In this document: one piece after another, positions 1 through 5,356 of the stretch
Position numbering within the stretch: position 1 is the first letter of the stretch
Layout of the letters: every line of letters begins with the position of its first letter
Source of the DNA: a virus
Virus record (IMG/VR): IMGVR_UViG_3300045988_005371
Coordinates: 1 to 5,895 of that record
Length of the DNA stretch: 5,895 nt
Strand: one strand, 5' to 3'
Notes under the pieces: model-generated
The model's database searches: none
The model's input: only the letters and a program-made list of their open reading frames with translations
What the model was told of the DNA's origin: nothing
Position numbers and translations under genes: made by a program

Positions 1-99
1 ATTTTTTTTTTTTATACTGAAAACAGTTAAACAGCACAAAAGTGCTCTTTTACAAAACCATTTATACAAAAATAATTTTTAGGAGGTATATGCTCTGAC
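1..99. repeat. Terminal direct repeat, copy A (identical to 5797..5895); overlap from linearising a circular genome
   Basis: Base-by-base comparison: A + T12 + ATACTGAAAACAGTTAAACAGCACAAAAGTGCTC...AGGAGGTATATGCTCTGAC is present at both ends. Position 1 corresponds to 5797. Confidence 0.95.
81..98 (+). promoter_or_regulatory. Consensus Shine-Dalgarno AGGAGG (81-86) followed by a two-codon mini-ORF ATG-CTC-TGA (90-98)
   Basis: Read directly. The ATG lies only 3 nt after the SD and the stop comes after one sense codon. Confidence 0.5.
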
Positions 100-214
100 T
101 CTCAAAGAAATTAACGCGCTGTTTAGCAACATCCGCAAAATCTTAGCCATGTTGGATAAGATTTACCACGCAGTAGAGGGCAACAAGCCCGAGGAGAAAA
201 CAATGAAGCCCTAG
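95..214 (+). CDS. Hypothetical 39-aa protein with putative non-canonical CTG start (LTLKEINALFSNIRKILAMLDKIYHAVEGNKPEEKTMKP)
   Basis: The frame is open from 83 to TAG 212-214. CTG 95-97 sits 8 nt after AGGAGG. The first in-frame ATG (149) has no SD. The amino-acid pattern looks like an amphipathic helix. Start codon and coding status are unproven. Confidence 0.25.
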   Translation: MTLKEINALFSNIRKILAMLDKIYHAVEGNKPEEKTMKP

Positions 215-250
215 AAATAAACAATAAACAACAAGTCCGAGGTGTAAACA

Positions 251-478
251 ATGAAGGGAAAAACATGGAACGTAAGAGACCAGACCGATACGAACCTTTT
301 GGAAGAACTGACGAGAACCTACAAGGAAATCGACAGCGCATACAAACTGCTACGACAGGCCGCAAAGTACAACGACGCAAAATACTACCTTGACATGGTG
401 TTCAGAAAAAAAGCAAAAGCAACAGAAATCGAGGTAGAAATCCTCAGAAGGGAAGTAAACCATGGGAAAGAGGAATAA
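251..478 (+). CDS. Hypothetical protein, 75 aa, predicted helical and charged
   Basis: ATG start at 251 with GAGGTG 6 nt upstream. It is co-oriented with and overlaps the next gene by 17 nt. I recognise no family. Confidence 0.6.
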   Translation: MKGKTWNVRDQTDTNLLEELTRTYKEIDSAYKLLRQAAKYNDAKYYLDMVFRKKAKATEIEVEILRREVNHGKEE

Positions 479-581
479 AGTCCGCAAGTCCAAAGACGCA
501 AAAATCTACAACAAGACCGCACGAAAAACAAAAGCAATCAACCTTGGCAGCGGAGCAATGCGAGGAGGCATTAGATTATGA
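462..581 (+). CDS. Small highly basic DNA-binding/packaging protein (J / VP8-like), 39 aa: MGKRNKVRKSKDAKIYNKTARKTKAINLGSGAMRGGIRL
   Basis: Below the ORF-track length cutoff, so translated by hand. It has 13 K/R and 1 acidic residue in 39 aa. As I recall, the C-terminal RGGIRL is typical of gokushovirus small basic proteins. Its stop overlaps the next start as ATGA (578-581), and it sits directly before VP5/VP3. Confidence 0.7.
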   Translation: MGKRNKVRKSKDAKIYNKTARKTKAINLGSGAMRGGIRL

Positions 582-817
582 TTAACGTGTATGGCATCTA
601 CGACCAGTGTGCTATGTGCTACATCACCACCATTAACGAGCGCGACGATAAAGTCGCCGAACGCAATTTTAAAATTGCACTGACCGACGAACACAACATC
701 ATGAGCAAGACACCGAGCGACTACCGACTCGTGAGGCTCGCAAAGTTCGACGAGAACAACGGCACTTTTGAAGAAGCAAAGGAGAACATTTTCGATGGCA
801 TTTCGCTCAGTAAGTAA
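578..817 (+). CDS. VP5: VP5-like non-structural protein (gokushovirus ORF5 family), 79 aa
   Basis: GAGGAGG lies 9 nt upstream of the ATG. The layout (short N-terminal beta-like segment, A-x-R-x-F, then P-x-DY-x-L-x-x-L-x-x-FD-x-x-x-G-x-F) matches what I remember of Chlamydia-phage-type ORF5 proteins. Its position between the basic protein and VP3 is canonical. Confidence 0.65.
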   Translation: MINVYGIYDQCAMCYITTINERDDKVAERNFKIALTDEHNIMSKTPSDYRLVRLAKFDENNGTFEEAKENIFDGISLSK

Positions 818-1304
818 CTTCAGAGAAACCAGAACAGCAAAACCAACCGAAGCCGGAGAAAGCGTAAGGCGCACGTACATTTGGGACATCAACGAAAAAG
901 GCGAAAAAGTGCTGAAACTCGACCAGATCATTGACCAACAGGCAGAAATCGACTCCTACTTGGAAGAAACCAAGCTGGAAAACATCATCCGACGGGCAAG
1001 CATCGACCCGAACATCGCGGCGCGAATCGCGCCAGACTTAGGCGGAGGAATTCAAGATTTTACCGAAGCACCGCATACACTCGCGGAAATACAAAACATC
1101 ATGATTCGCGCAGAACAAATCTGGAACGAGGTGCCAAAAGAAATCAAGCTCAAATTTGACAACGACGTGGACAAGTTTATCTCAAGTTTCGGAAGCGTCG
1201 AATGGGCCAAAAACCTTGGTATTATGACGGAAGAGACACCTAAAGAAGAACCCAATCGGAGAGTAGAGACTAGCAAAATAACGAAAACCGAGGAGGAAAA
1301 ATGA
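795..1304 (+). CDS. VP3: VP3 internal scaffolding protein, 169 aa from the first ATG
   Basis: The track ORF begins at a TTG (768). The first ATG is at 795 with AAGGAG 11 nt upstream. The segment DFTEAPHTLAEIQNIMIRAEQIWNEVPKEIKLKFDNDVDKFISSF resembles the conserved gokushovirus scaffold core. The stop overlaps the VP1 start (ATGA 1301-1304). Confidence 0.8.
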   Translation: MAFRSVSNFRETRTAKPTEAGESVRRTYIWDINEKGEKVLKLDQIIDQQAEIDSYLEETKLENIIRRASIDPNIAARIAPDLGGGIQDFTEAPHTLAEIQNIMIRAEQIWNEVPKEIKLKFDNDVDKFISSFGSVEWAKNLGIMTEETPKEEPNRRVETSKITKTEEEK

Positions 1305-3001
1305 ACAGAAACACAGACGCAGGATTTAATCAGGTCCCAAGACTGGACATCACGCGAAGCCGCTTTAAAAGGCGGCAGAACGTAAAACTAACCATGAACG
1401 CCGGACAACTCATCCCGTTTTATGTGGATGAGGTGCTTCCGGGCGATACCTTTAGTGTCGACCAGGCGGCAATCATCCGCATGACAACCCCTATCTTCCC
1501 AGTCATGGATAACTGCTACATGGACATCTATTACTTTTTCACGCCGAACCGCATTCTGTGGAAAAACTGGAAGCGATTTATGGGCGAAAATGACACCGGG
1601 CCGTGGGCACAAAAACAAGAATACACAATCCCGCAAATCAAAGTCCAAGAAAGCGCCGGCAAAAAAGAATTGCCGCTGGAAGGCAGCCTCATGGATTACA
1701 TGGGAATCCCGACGAAAGTATGCAAGGACAAAAGTACAGAATTCGAAGTAAACGCACTGCCATTTAGAGCTTACGCAATGATATGGCAAGAGTGGTTCAG
1801 AGACCAAAATGTAGATAATCCGGCTATTAACAGCGTCGAAGACGCAACAGTAACCTACGCAGACGCCAACGACCCAAAAAACATTGAAAAACTCCTTCAG
1901 GAAGCATATCGAGGCGGCAGACCATTACCAGTAAACAAATTTCACGACTATTTCACCAGCGCACTGCCGAATCCGCAGAAAGCGGGAGAGCCAGTAAGCA
2001 TTCCGCTTAGCGGAAGTGCACCGCTAGGAATGTACAATCCGTCAACAGGAAAAGTAACAATCAACAGCGCCGAAATGAAACAAATCGCAAAAGATGTAGG
2101 ACTGTTAAACTCAGGCAGCACCTTTAACGCCGCAGATTGGGACGTCGGAGACGGGCCAGTTGCAAACAACGGACTGGCAGTGGGAAAAAATACACAGTCC
2201 ACATACACTGGAATAACCTTAGGAGCAGACCTCTCAATGGTCAACGCAACGACTATCAACCAGCTGCGACAGGCGTTTCAAGTACAAAAGTACTACGAAC
2301 AGTTAGCACGAGGCGGCAGCCGATACCGCGAGATGATTTATTCGCTGTTCCATACCAAAATCAGCGATAAAACTGTACAAATCCCGGAGTATCTGGGCGG
2401 TACGCGCATCACAATCAACATGAGCCAGGTAATCCAGACCAGCGGCACAACAGCTGAAAGTCCGCAGGGCAACACGGCAGCAGTATCCGTTACACCGTAC
2501 AACGGCAGTATGTTCACCAAGAGCTTCGAAGAGCACGGCTTTGTTATCGGTGTATGCTGCATCCGGCATGACCATACTTACCAGCAGGGACTCGAACGAA
2601 TGTGGAGTCGGAAAACCAATCTGGATTTTTATTATCCCGTCTTTGCAAATCTGGGGGAACAAGCAATCCTCAAAAAGGAAATCTATCTGAGCGGCACAGA
2701 AAAAGACGAACAGGCATTCGGATACCAAGAGGCATGGGCAGAATACCGCATGAAACCGAACAGAATAAGCGGCAAATTCCGAAGCAACGCAACAGGAACG
2801 CTGGATAGTTGGCACTATGGCGACTATTACACCGAAGCGCCGAGCTTAAGTCAAGCATGGATGAAGGAAGGAGACTCTGAAATCCAGAGAACACTCGCAG
2901 TAGACAACGAACCTCAATTTATCATGGACACGGTCATTGACAACACCAGTGTCAGACCTATGCCTATGTACAGTATTCCGGGTCTCGTAGACCATCACTA
3001 A
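1301..3001 (+). CDS. VP1: VP1 major capsid protein (Microviridae F-type jelly roll), 566 aa
   Basis: AGGAGG lies 4 nt upstream. Hallmark motifs are present: N-terminal RSRF...N.GQLIPFYVDEVLPGDTF, then TINQLRQAFQVQKYYEQLARGGSRYREMIYSLF, and a YQEAWAEYR-type C-terminal region. Confidence 0.97.
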   Translation: MNRNTDAGFNQVPRLDITRSRFKRRQNVKLTMNAGQLIPFYVDEVLPGDTFSVDQAAIIRMTTPIFPVMDNCYMDIYYFFTPNRILWKNWKRFMGENDTGPWAQKQEYTIPQIKVQESAGKKELPLEGSLMDYMGIPTKVCKDKSTEFEVNALPFRAYAMIWQEWFRDQNVDNPAINSVEDATVTYADANDPKNIEKLLQEAYRGGRPLPVNKFHDYFTSALPNPQKAGEPVSIPLSGSAPLGMYNPSTGKVTINSAEMKQIAKDVGLLNSGSTFNAADWDVGDGPVANNGLAVGKNTQSTYTGITLGADLSMVNATTINQLRQAFQVQKYYEQLARGGSRYREMIYSLFHTKISDKTVQIPEYLGGTRITINMSQVIQTSGTTAESPQGNTAAVSVTPYNGSMFTKSFEEHGFVIGVCCIRHDHTYQQGLERMWSRKTNLDFYYPVFANLGEQAILKKEIYLSGTEKDEQAFGYQEAWAEYRMKPNRISGKFRSNATGTLDSWHYGDYYTEAPSLSQAWMKEGDSEIQRTLAVDNEPQFIMDTVIDNTSVRPMPMYSIPGLVDHH

Positions 3002-3011
3002 GAAAGGGGGA

Positions 3012-3041
3012 AGACCCGGGTTTTCCCGGGTCTATTTTATT
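3012..3041 (+). terminator. GC-rich hairpin plus U-rich tail after VP1 (attenuator or partial terminator)
   Basis: AGACCCGGG (3012-3020), TTTT loop, CCCGGGTCT (3025-3033) form a perfect 9-bp stem, followed by ATTTTATT up to the VP2 ATG. Confidence 0.5.
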
Positions 3042-3848
3042 ATGGCGTTAGCAGCAATCGGAAGCGCACTACTCGGAATCGGTAAACAACTGCTCCCGAC
3101 AATCGCCGGAGGTCTCATAAACAAATTCATGGGCGGAAATCTGACAGAGAGCAACGGAGGAAGCCAGCAACACAACCAAAGCTACAGCCAAGGCGGAGGC
3201 CAAAGCAGCAGCGAAAGCGGCGTAAACCGAGCACAAAATCTGCAAGACTGGAATAGCATGCTAGGAGCAATTCAGGGAAACATGCAAAGCCAGCAGAAAT
3301 TTAACCGTCGAAGCATGTTCGAACAGATGGGCTACAACACCATGGCAGCAATCACACAAGGTGTATATAACCAGATAAGTAACAATGCAGCGATGAGCTA
3401 CAACAGCGCAGAGGCGGCAAAAAATCGTGCATGGCAAGAGCAAATGAGTAACACAGCATATCAAAGAGCAGTGGAAGATATGCGTAAAGCCGGCATCAAC
3501 CCAATCCTAGCATACCAGCAAGGCGGAGCAAGTACGCCGGGTGGAGCACAAGGCACTATTAGTGGGGCAAGCATGGGACTGGCGAGCAGTAGTGCAGCAA
3601 GCGCAAGTGCTCTAGGAGTAAGTCAAAACCACAACAACACATGGAGCAGGAGCGAAAGTAACTGGTACAACGCAGCACAGGCGGTCGGAGACGCAACAAG
3701 CTGGAGTCATACAAGTGCAGACAAGGCGCTGAAGGAATTCAGAAACGTCCTTAGCAGCCTCGACAACTTAGGAAATCAAGGCGGCCAATACAATCATCAA
3801 AATGGCGGTGGCAAAACTCACGGCGGCGGCGCAGGAAGAGGAAGGTAA
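3042..3848 (+). CDS. VP2: VP2 minor capsid / DNA pilot protein, 268 aa
   Basis: Hydrophobic N-terminus (MALAAIGSALLGIGKQLLPTIAGGLI). Q/S/G-rich low-complexity segments. Conserved motif MSNTAYQRAVEDMRKAGINPILAY typical of gokushovirus VP2. Located right after VP1. Confidence 0.85.
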   Translation: MALAAIGSALLGIGKQLLPTIAGGLINKFMGGNLTESNGGSQQHNQSYSQGGGQSSSESGVNRAQNLQDWNSMLGAIQGNMQSQQKFNRRSMFEQMGYNTMAAITQGVYNQISNNAAMSYNSAEAAKNRAWQEQMSNTAYQRAVEDMRKAGINPILAYQQGGASTPGGAQGTISGASMGLASSSAASASALGVSQNHNNTWSRSESNWYNAAQAVGDATSWSHTSADKALKEFRNVLSSLDNLGNQGGQYNHQNGGGKTHGGGAGRGR

Positions 3849-3849
3849 A

Positions 3850-4869
3850 ATGGGATGCAATAAACCATTAATCCGGTTTTATGTACCTCACGACAGAGAA
3901 GCGAGTGGGCGAGTATACTCACTCGCTTCTTTTAACAAAATACATAAGACAAACCTTAGGTATGAAGACCTAATGTACAGAAAAGATGTAATGTTGATAC
4001 CGTGCGGACAATGTACCGGATGCAGACTACGCAAGCGCAAAGATTGGTCAACGCGGATGGAACTAGAAGCATATGGACACAACAAAGAAAGTATCTGGTT
4101 TATCACACTAACTTACGATGATGACCATGTACCAACACAGGACACAAATACAGGCGAAATCTACAAAGGCGGCATAAACATCTGGGAAGGCCTCTCAGAG
4201 CGTCCGAGAACGGCGCAAACTCTAAGCGTAGAGGATACCCAACTATTTATAAAAAGGCTCAGAAAGGCCGTCAAAGAGCCTCTGAGATACTTTTTAGCAG
4301 GAGAGTACGGAGACAACACAGCGAGACCGCACTATCACATGATACTATATGGGTGGTATCCAGACGACTTAAAGCCAATTCACAAATTGTCAAGACACGG
4401 TCATTATACAAGCGATAAGCTAGTAAAAATCTGGGGACAGGGTGCAGTTGACATAGCGCAAGCAACCCCAGAAACATATAATTATGTTGCAGGGTATGTA
4501 ACCAAAAAGCTGTACGGCAACGACAAAAAACGTTACCAAAAAATGGGTTTAATACCACCATTTTGCACAATGAGCCGAAAGCCGGGACTCGGGGACAAGT
4601 GGTTCGAAGACAACCAAACAAGACTCTGGCAGCAAGGGTACATACAACTTACCAACGGCAAGAGAGCGACAATACCAGAATACTATTGGCGGAAACTGGA
4701 AGCCGAAAACCCTGAAAAAGCATGGAGAATCAAGAAGAATCGACAAGAAAAAGCTATAGCGTCCTTAATCGAAAGAAACGCGGAAACCGATAAACCATAC
4801 GCAGAACAGTTAAAAGACAAAGAAGCATCCATGTCGAAGAAAATGAGCAAAGCCAAAGGCGTATTTTGA
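3850..4869 (+). CDS. VP4: VP4 replication initiation protein (HUH rolling-circle endonuclease), 339 aa from ATG 3850
   Basis: Cys cluster PCGQCTGCR (Cys52 at 4003). Motif 1 FITLTY. HUH motif HYH at 4330-4338. Catalytic motif YVAGYVTKK (Y212/Y216/K219, 4483-4506). ATG 3850 follows the VP2 stop by 1 nt and has a GGAAGAGGAAGG purine tract upstream. The 3802 start would overlap VP2 by 47 nt. Confidence 0.95.
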   Translation: MGCNKPLIRFYVPHDREASGRVYSLASFNKIHKTNLRYEDLMYRKDVMLIPCGQCTGCRLRKRKDWSTRMELEAYGHNKESIWFITLTYDDDHVPTQDTNTGEIYKGGINIWEGLSERPRTAQTLSVEDTQLFIKRLRKAVKEPLRYFLAGEYGDNTARPHYHMILYGWYPDDLKPIHKLSRHGHYTSDKLVKIWGQGAVDIAQATPETYNYVAGYVTKKLYGNDKKRYQKMGLIPPFCTMSRKPGLGDKWFEDNQTRLWQQGYIQLTNGKRATIPEYYWRKLEAENPEKAWRIKKNRQEKAIASLIERNAETDKPYAEQLKDKEASMSKKMSKAKGVF

Positions 4870-4879
4870 CACTTTGGTG

Positions 4880-4929
4880 TCACTCAGCCAAGTAACTATC
4901 AAGTAAGCTACTTGGCTGAGTGATTTTTT
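4880..4929 (+). terminator. Strong rho-independent terminator after VP4
   Basis: Perfect 15-bp stem: TCACTCAGCCAAGTA (4880-4894) pairs with TACTTGGCTGAGTGA (4909-4923). The loop is 14 nt and is followed by T6 (4924-4929). Confidence 0.85.
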
Positions 4930-4941
4930 AATTTGTTAAAT

Positions 4942-4981
4942 GCACACGCACGCGCACGTAATCGCGCACGCGCACGTGCAT
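4942..4981. repeat. Two GC-rich alternating purine-pyrimidine tracts containing a 13-nt direct repeat CGCACGCGCACGT (4947-4959, 4965-4977)
   Basis: 4942-4959 and 4963-4981 alternate purine and pyrimidine without interruption. They are bracketed by ATGCAC (4940-4945) and GTGCAT (4976-4981) and embedded in AT-rich sequence. Confidence 0.8.
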
Positions 4982-5010
4982 TATATTATTATTTTTATTA
5001 TTAACTTGTT

Positions 5011-5026
5011 GTAGTAGTAGTAGTAG
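5011..5026. repeat. (GTA)5 trinucleotide microsatellite
   Basis: GTAGTAGTAGTAGTAG read directly. It lies after an ATT/TTA-rich run at 4981-5004. Confidence 0.9.
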
Positions 5027-5037
5027 GGAGTGTTGAA

Positions 5038-5121
5038 ATGTTGAATACTACGAATTTTTATCCTTGGAACGATATTTTTTGGTTAATCTTAATGTTGATA
5101 CTTTTGTGGAAAACTTGTTGA
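5038..5121 (+). CDS. Candidate 27-aa hydrophobic micropeptide MLNTTNFYPWNDIFWLILMLILLWKTC
   Basis: ATG 5038 has GGGAG (5026-5030) 7 nt upstream and the stop is TGA 5119-5121. The segment IFWLILMLILLW is membrane-like. The ORF lies inside the repeat array downstream of a strong terminator, so it may be fortuitous. Confidence 0.25.
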   Translation: MLNTTNFYPWNDIFWLILMLILLWKTC

Positions 5122-5186
5122 ATTGTTGAAAGTGTAGCAATATGCACAAAAACCTTTGTGCAACATTTTGTGGAAAACCTGTTGAA
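5102..5186 (+). repeat. Two 21-nt direct repeats TTTTGTGGAAAAC(T/C)TGTTGAA (5102-5122 and 5166-5186)
   Basis: 20 of 21 positions are identical and the copies are 64 nt apart. Each contains TGTGGAAAA, whose complement TTTTCCACA fits the relaxed DnaA-box consensus TT(A/T)TNCACA. Confidence 0.85.
5143..5162. other. Perfect 8-bp hairpin TGCACAAA-AACC-TTTGTGCA between the 21-nt repeats
   Basis: All 8 pairs were checked. The loop is AACC. Alternative TTTGTG partners exist at 5103-5108 and 5167-5172. Confidence 0.7.
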
Positions 5187-5325
5187 AGTGTTAAAAGTGT
5201 TGAAAAAAGAATTAAAGGCCGTCCGGCAAGCAAAACCGAAAAGTTGCGTCATGCTCTTCGCACGGCGCACCGCGCCTAGCGCATGACCTTCAAGACAAAA
5301 TTCTTCTATTTTTTTTTAAAAAACC

Positions 5326-5354
5326 TTGACTTTTTCCAAAAAATATGATAGAAT
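5326..5354 (+). promoter_or_regulatory. Near-consensus sigma70/sigmaA promoter with extended -10 (TTGACT, 17 nt, TGaTAGAAT)
   Basis: -35 TTGACT at 5326-5331. The spacer is exactly 17 nt. TG is at 5346-5347 and -10 TAGAAT at 5349-5354. A T9A6 UP-like element sits at 5309-5323. A perfect TATAAT also occurs at 5354-5359. Confidence 0.75.
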
Positions 5355-5356
5355 AT

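Larger units (their letters stand above)
5031..5204 (+). repeat. Array of same-orientation TGTTGAA heptamers (iteron-like)
   Basis: Perfect copies start at 5031, 5039, 5116, 5124, 5180 and 5198. One-mismatch variants start at 5007 (TGTTGTA), 5093 (TGTTGAT) and 5189 (TGTTAAA). They occur as pairs or triplets spaced 8-9 nt apart. Confidence 0.75.

Noticed and set aside
33-46. Small hairpin AGCAC-AAAA-GTGCT followed by CTTTT in the 5' leader, considered as an attenuator
   Set aside because: The stem is only 5 bp with a short, interrupted T-run. That is too weak to call a terminator, although it may contribute to leader structure.
90-146. TGA read as Trp (code 4, as in Spiroplasma/Mycoplasma hosts) to extend the ATG 90 mini-ORF
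   Set aside because: Read-through gives only an 18-aa peptide ending at TAG 144-146. TGA clearly terminates VP3, VP4 and the basic protein at sensible positions, so the standard code fits.
768-794. TTG start for VP3 at 768
   Set aside because: It is a non-ATG codon with no SD. ATG 795 has AAGGAG upstream.
2137-2808. Same-strand overprinted ORFs inside VP1 (2137..2370 and 2602..2808), considered because phiX174 has overprinted genes
   Set aside because: They start at TTG and GTG with no SD. They are Arg-rich translations typical of off-frame reading, not hydrophobic or E-like. They cannot be fully excluded without comparative data.
3802-3849. N-terminal extension of VP4 (MAVAKLTAAAQEEEGK) from ATG 3802
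   Set aside because: It would overlap VP2 by 47 nt. ATG 3850 lies 1 nt after the VP2 stop with a purine-rich SD, and gokushovirus VP4 proteins typically begin close to the Cys-cluster region.
390-4482. Internal TTGACA hexamers at 390, 1156 and 4448 as additional promoters
   Set aside because: None has an acceptable -10 at 16-18 nt. The TATAAT at 4477 is 23 nt from its TTGACA.
123-4883. Fourteen minus-strand ORFs of 61-170 aa: thirteen within this span (e.g. 506..931, 1388..1807, 2303..2815, 4271..4621) and one outlier at 5607..5792
   Set aside because: All lie antisense to well-supported + strand genes. They are Cys/Arg/Phe-rich shadow frames with no SDs. Microviridae transcribe only one strand.
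4940-5014. 24-aa ORF MHTHAHVIAHAHVHYIIIFIINLL (alternating His, then hydrophobic), considered as a leader or metal-binding peptide
   Set aside because: There is no SD. The His pattern is a by-product of the CAC/GCG alternating tract. It is more economically explained as a DNA-level element.
3989-5101. Exact 12-nt match TAATGTTGATAC between VP4 coding sequence (3989-4000) and the spacer (5090-5101)
   Set aside because: About one chance 12-mer match is expected in a 5.8-kb sequence, and there is no supporting context.
5031-5204. CRISPR-like interpretation of the repeats in the spacer
   Set aside because: The repeat units are only 7-21 nt and irregularly spaced. There is no repeat-spacer periodicity of CRISPR size.
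5048-5270. Minus-strand ORFs 5048..5233 and 5058..5270 in the spacer
   Set aside because: Their sequence (FNTFNTFNRFSTK...) is simply the TGTTGAA repeats read backwards. There is no SD or promoter, and they are on the wrong strand for this family.
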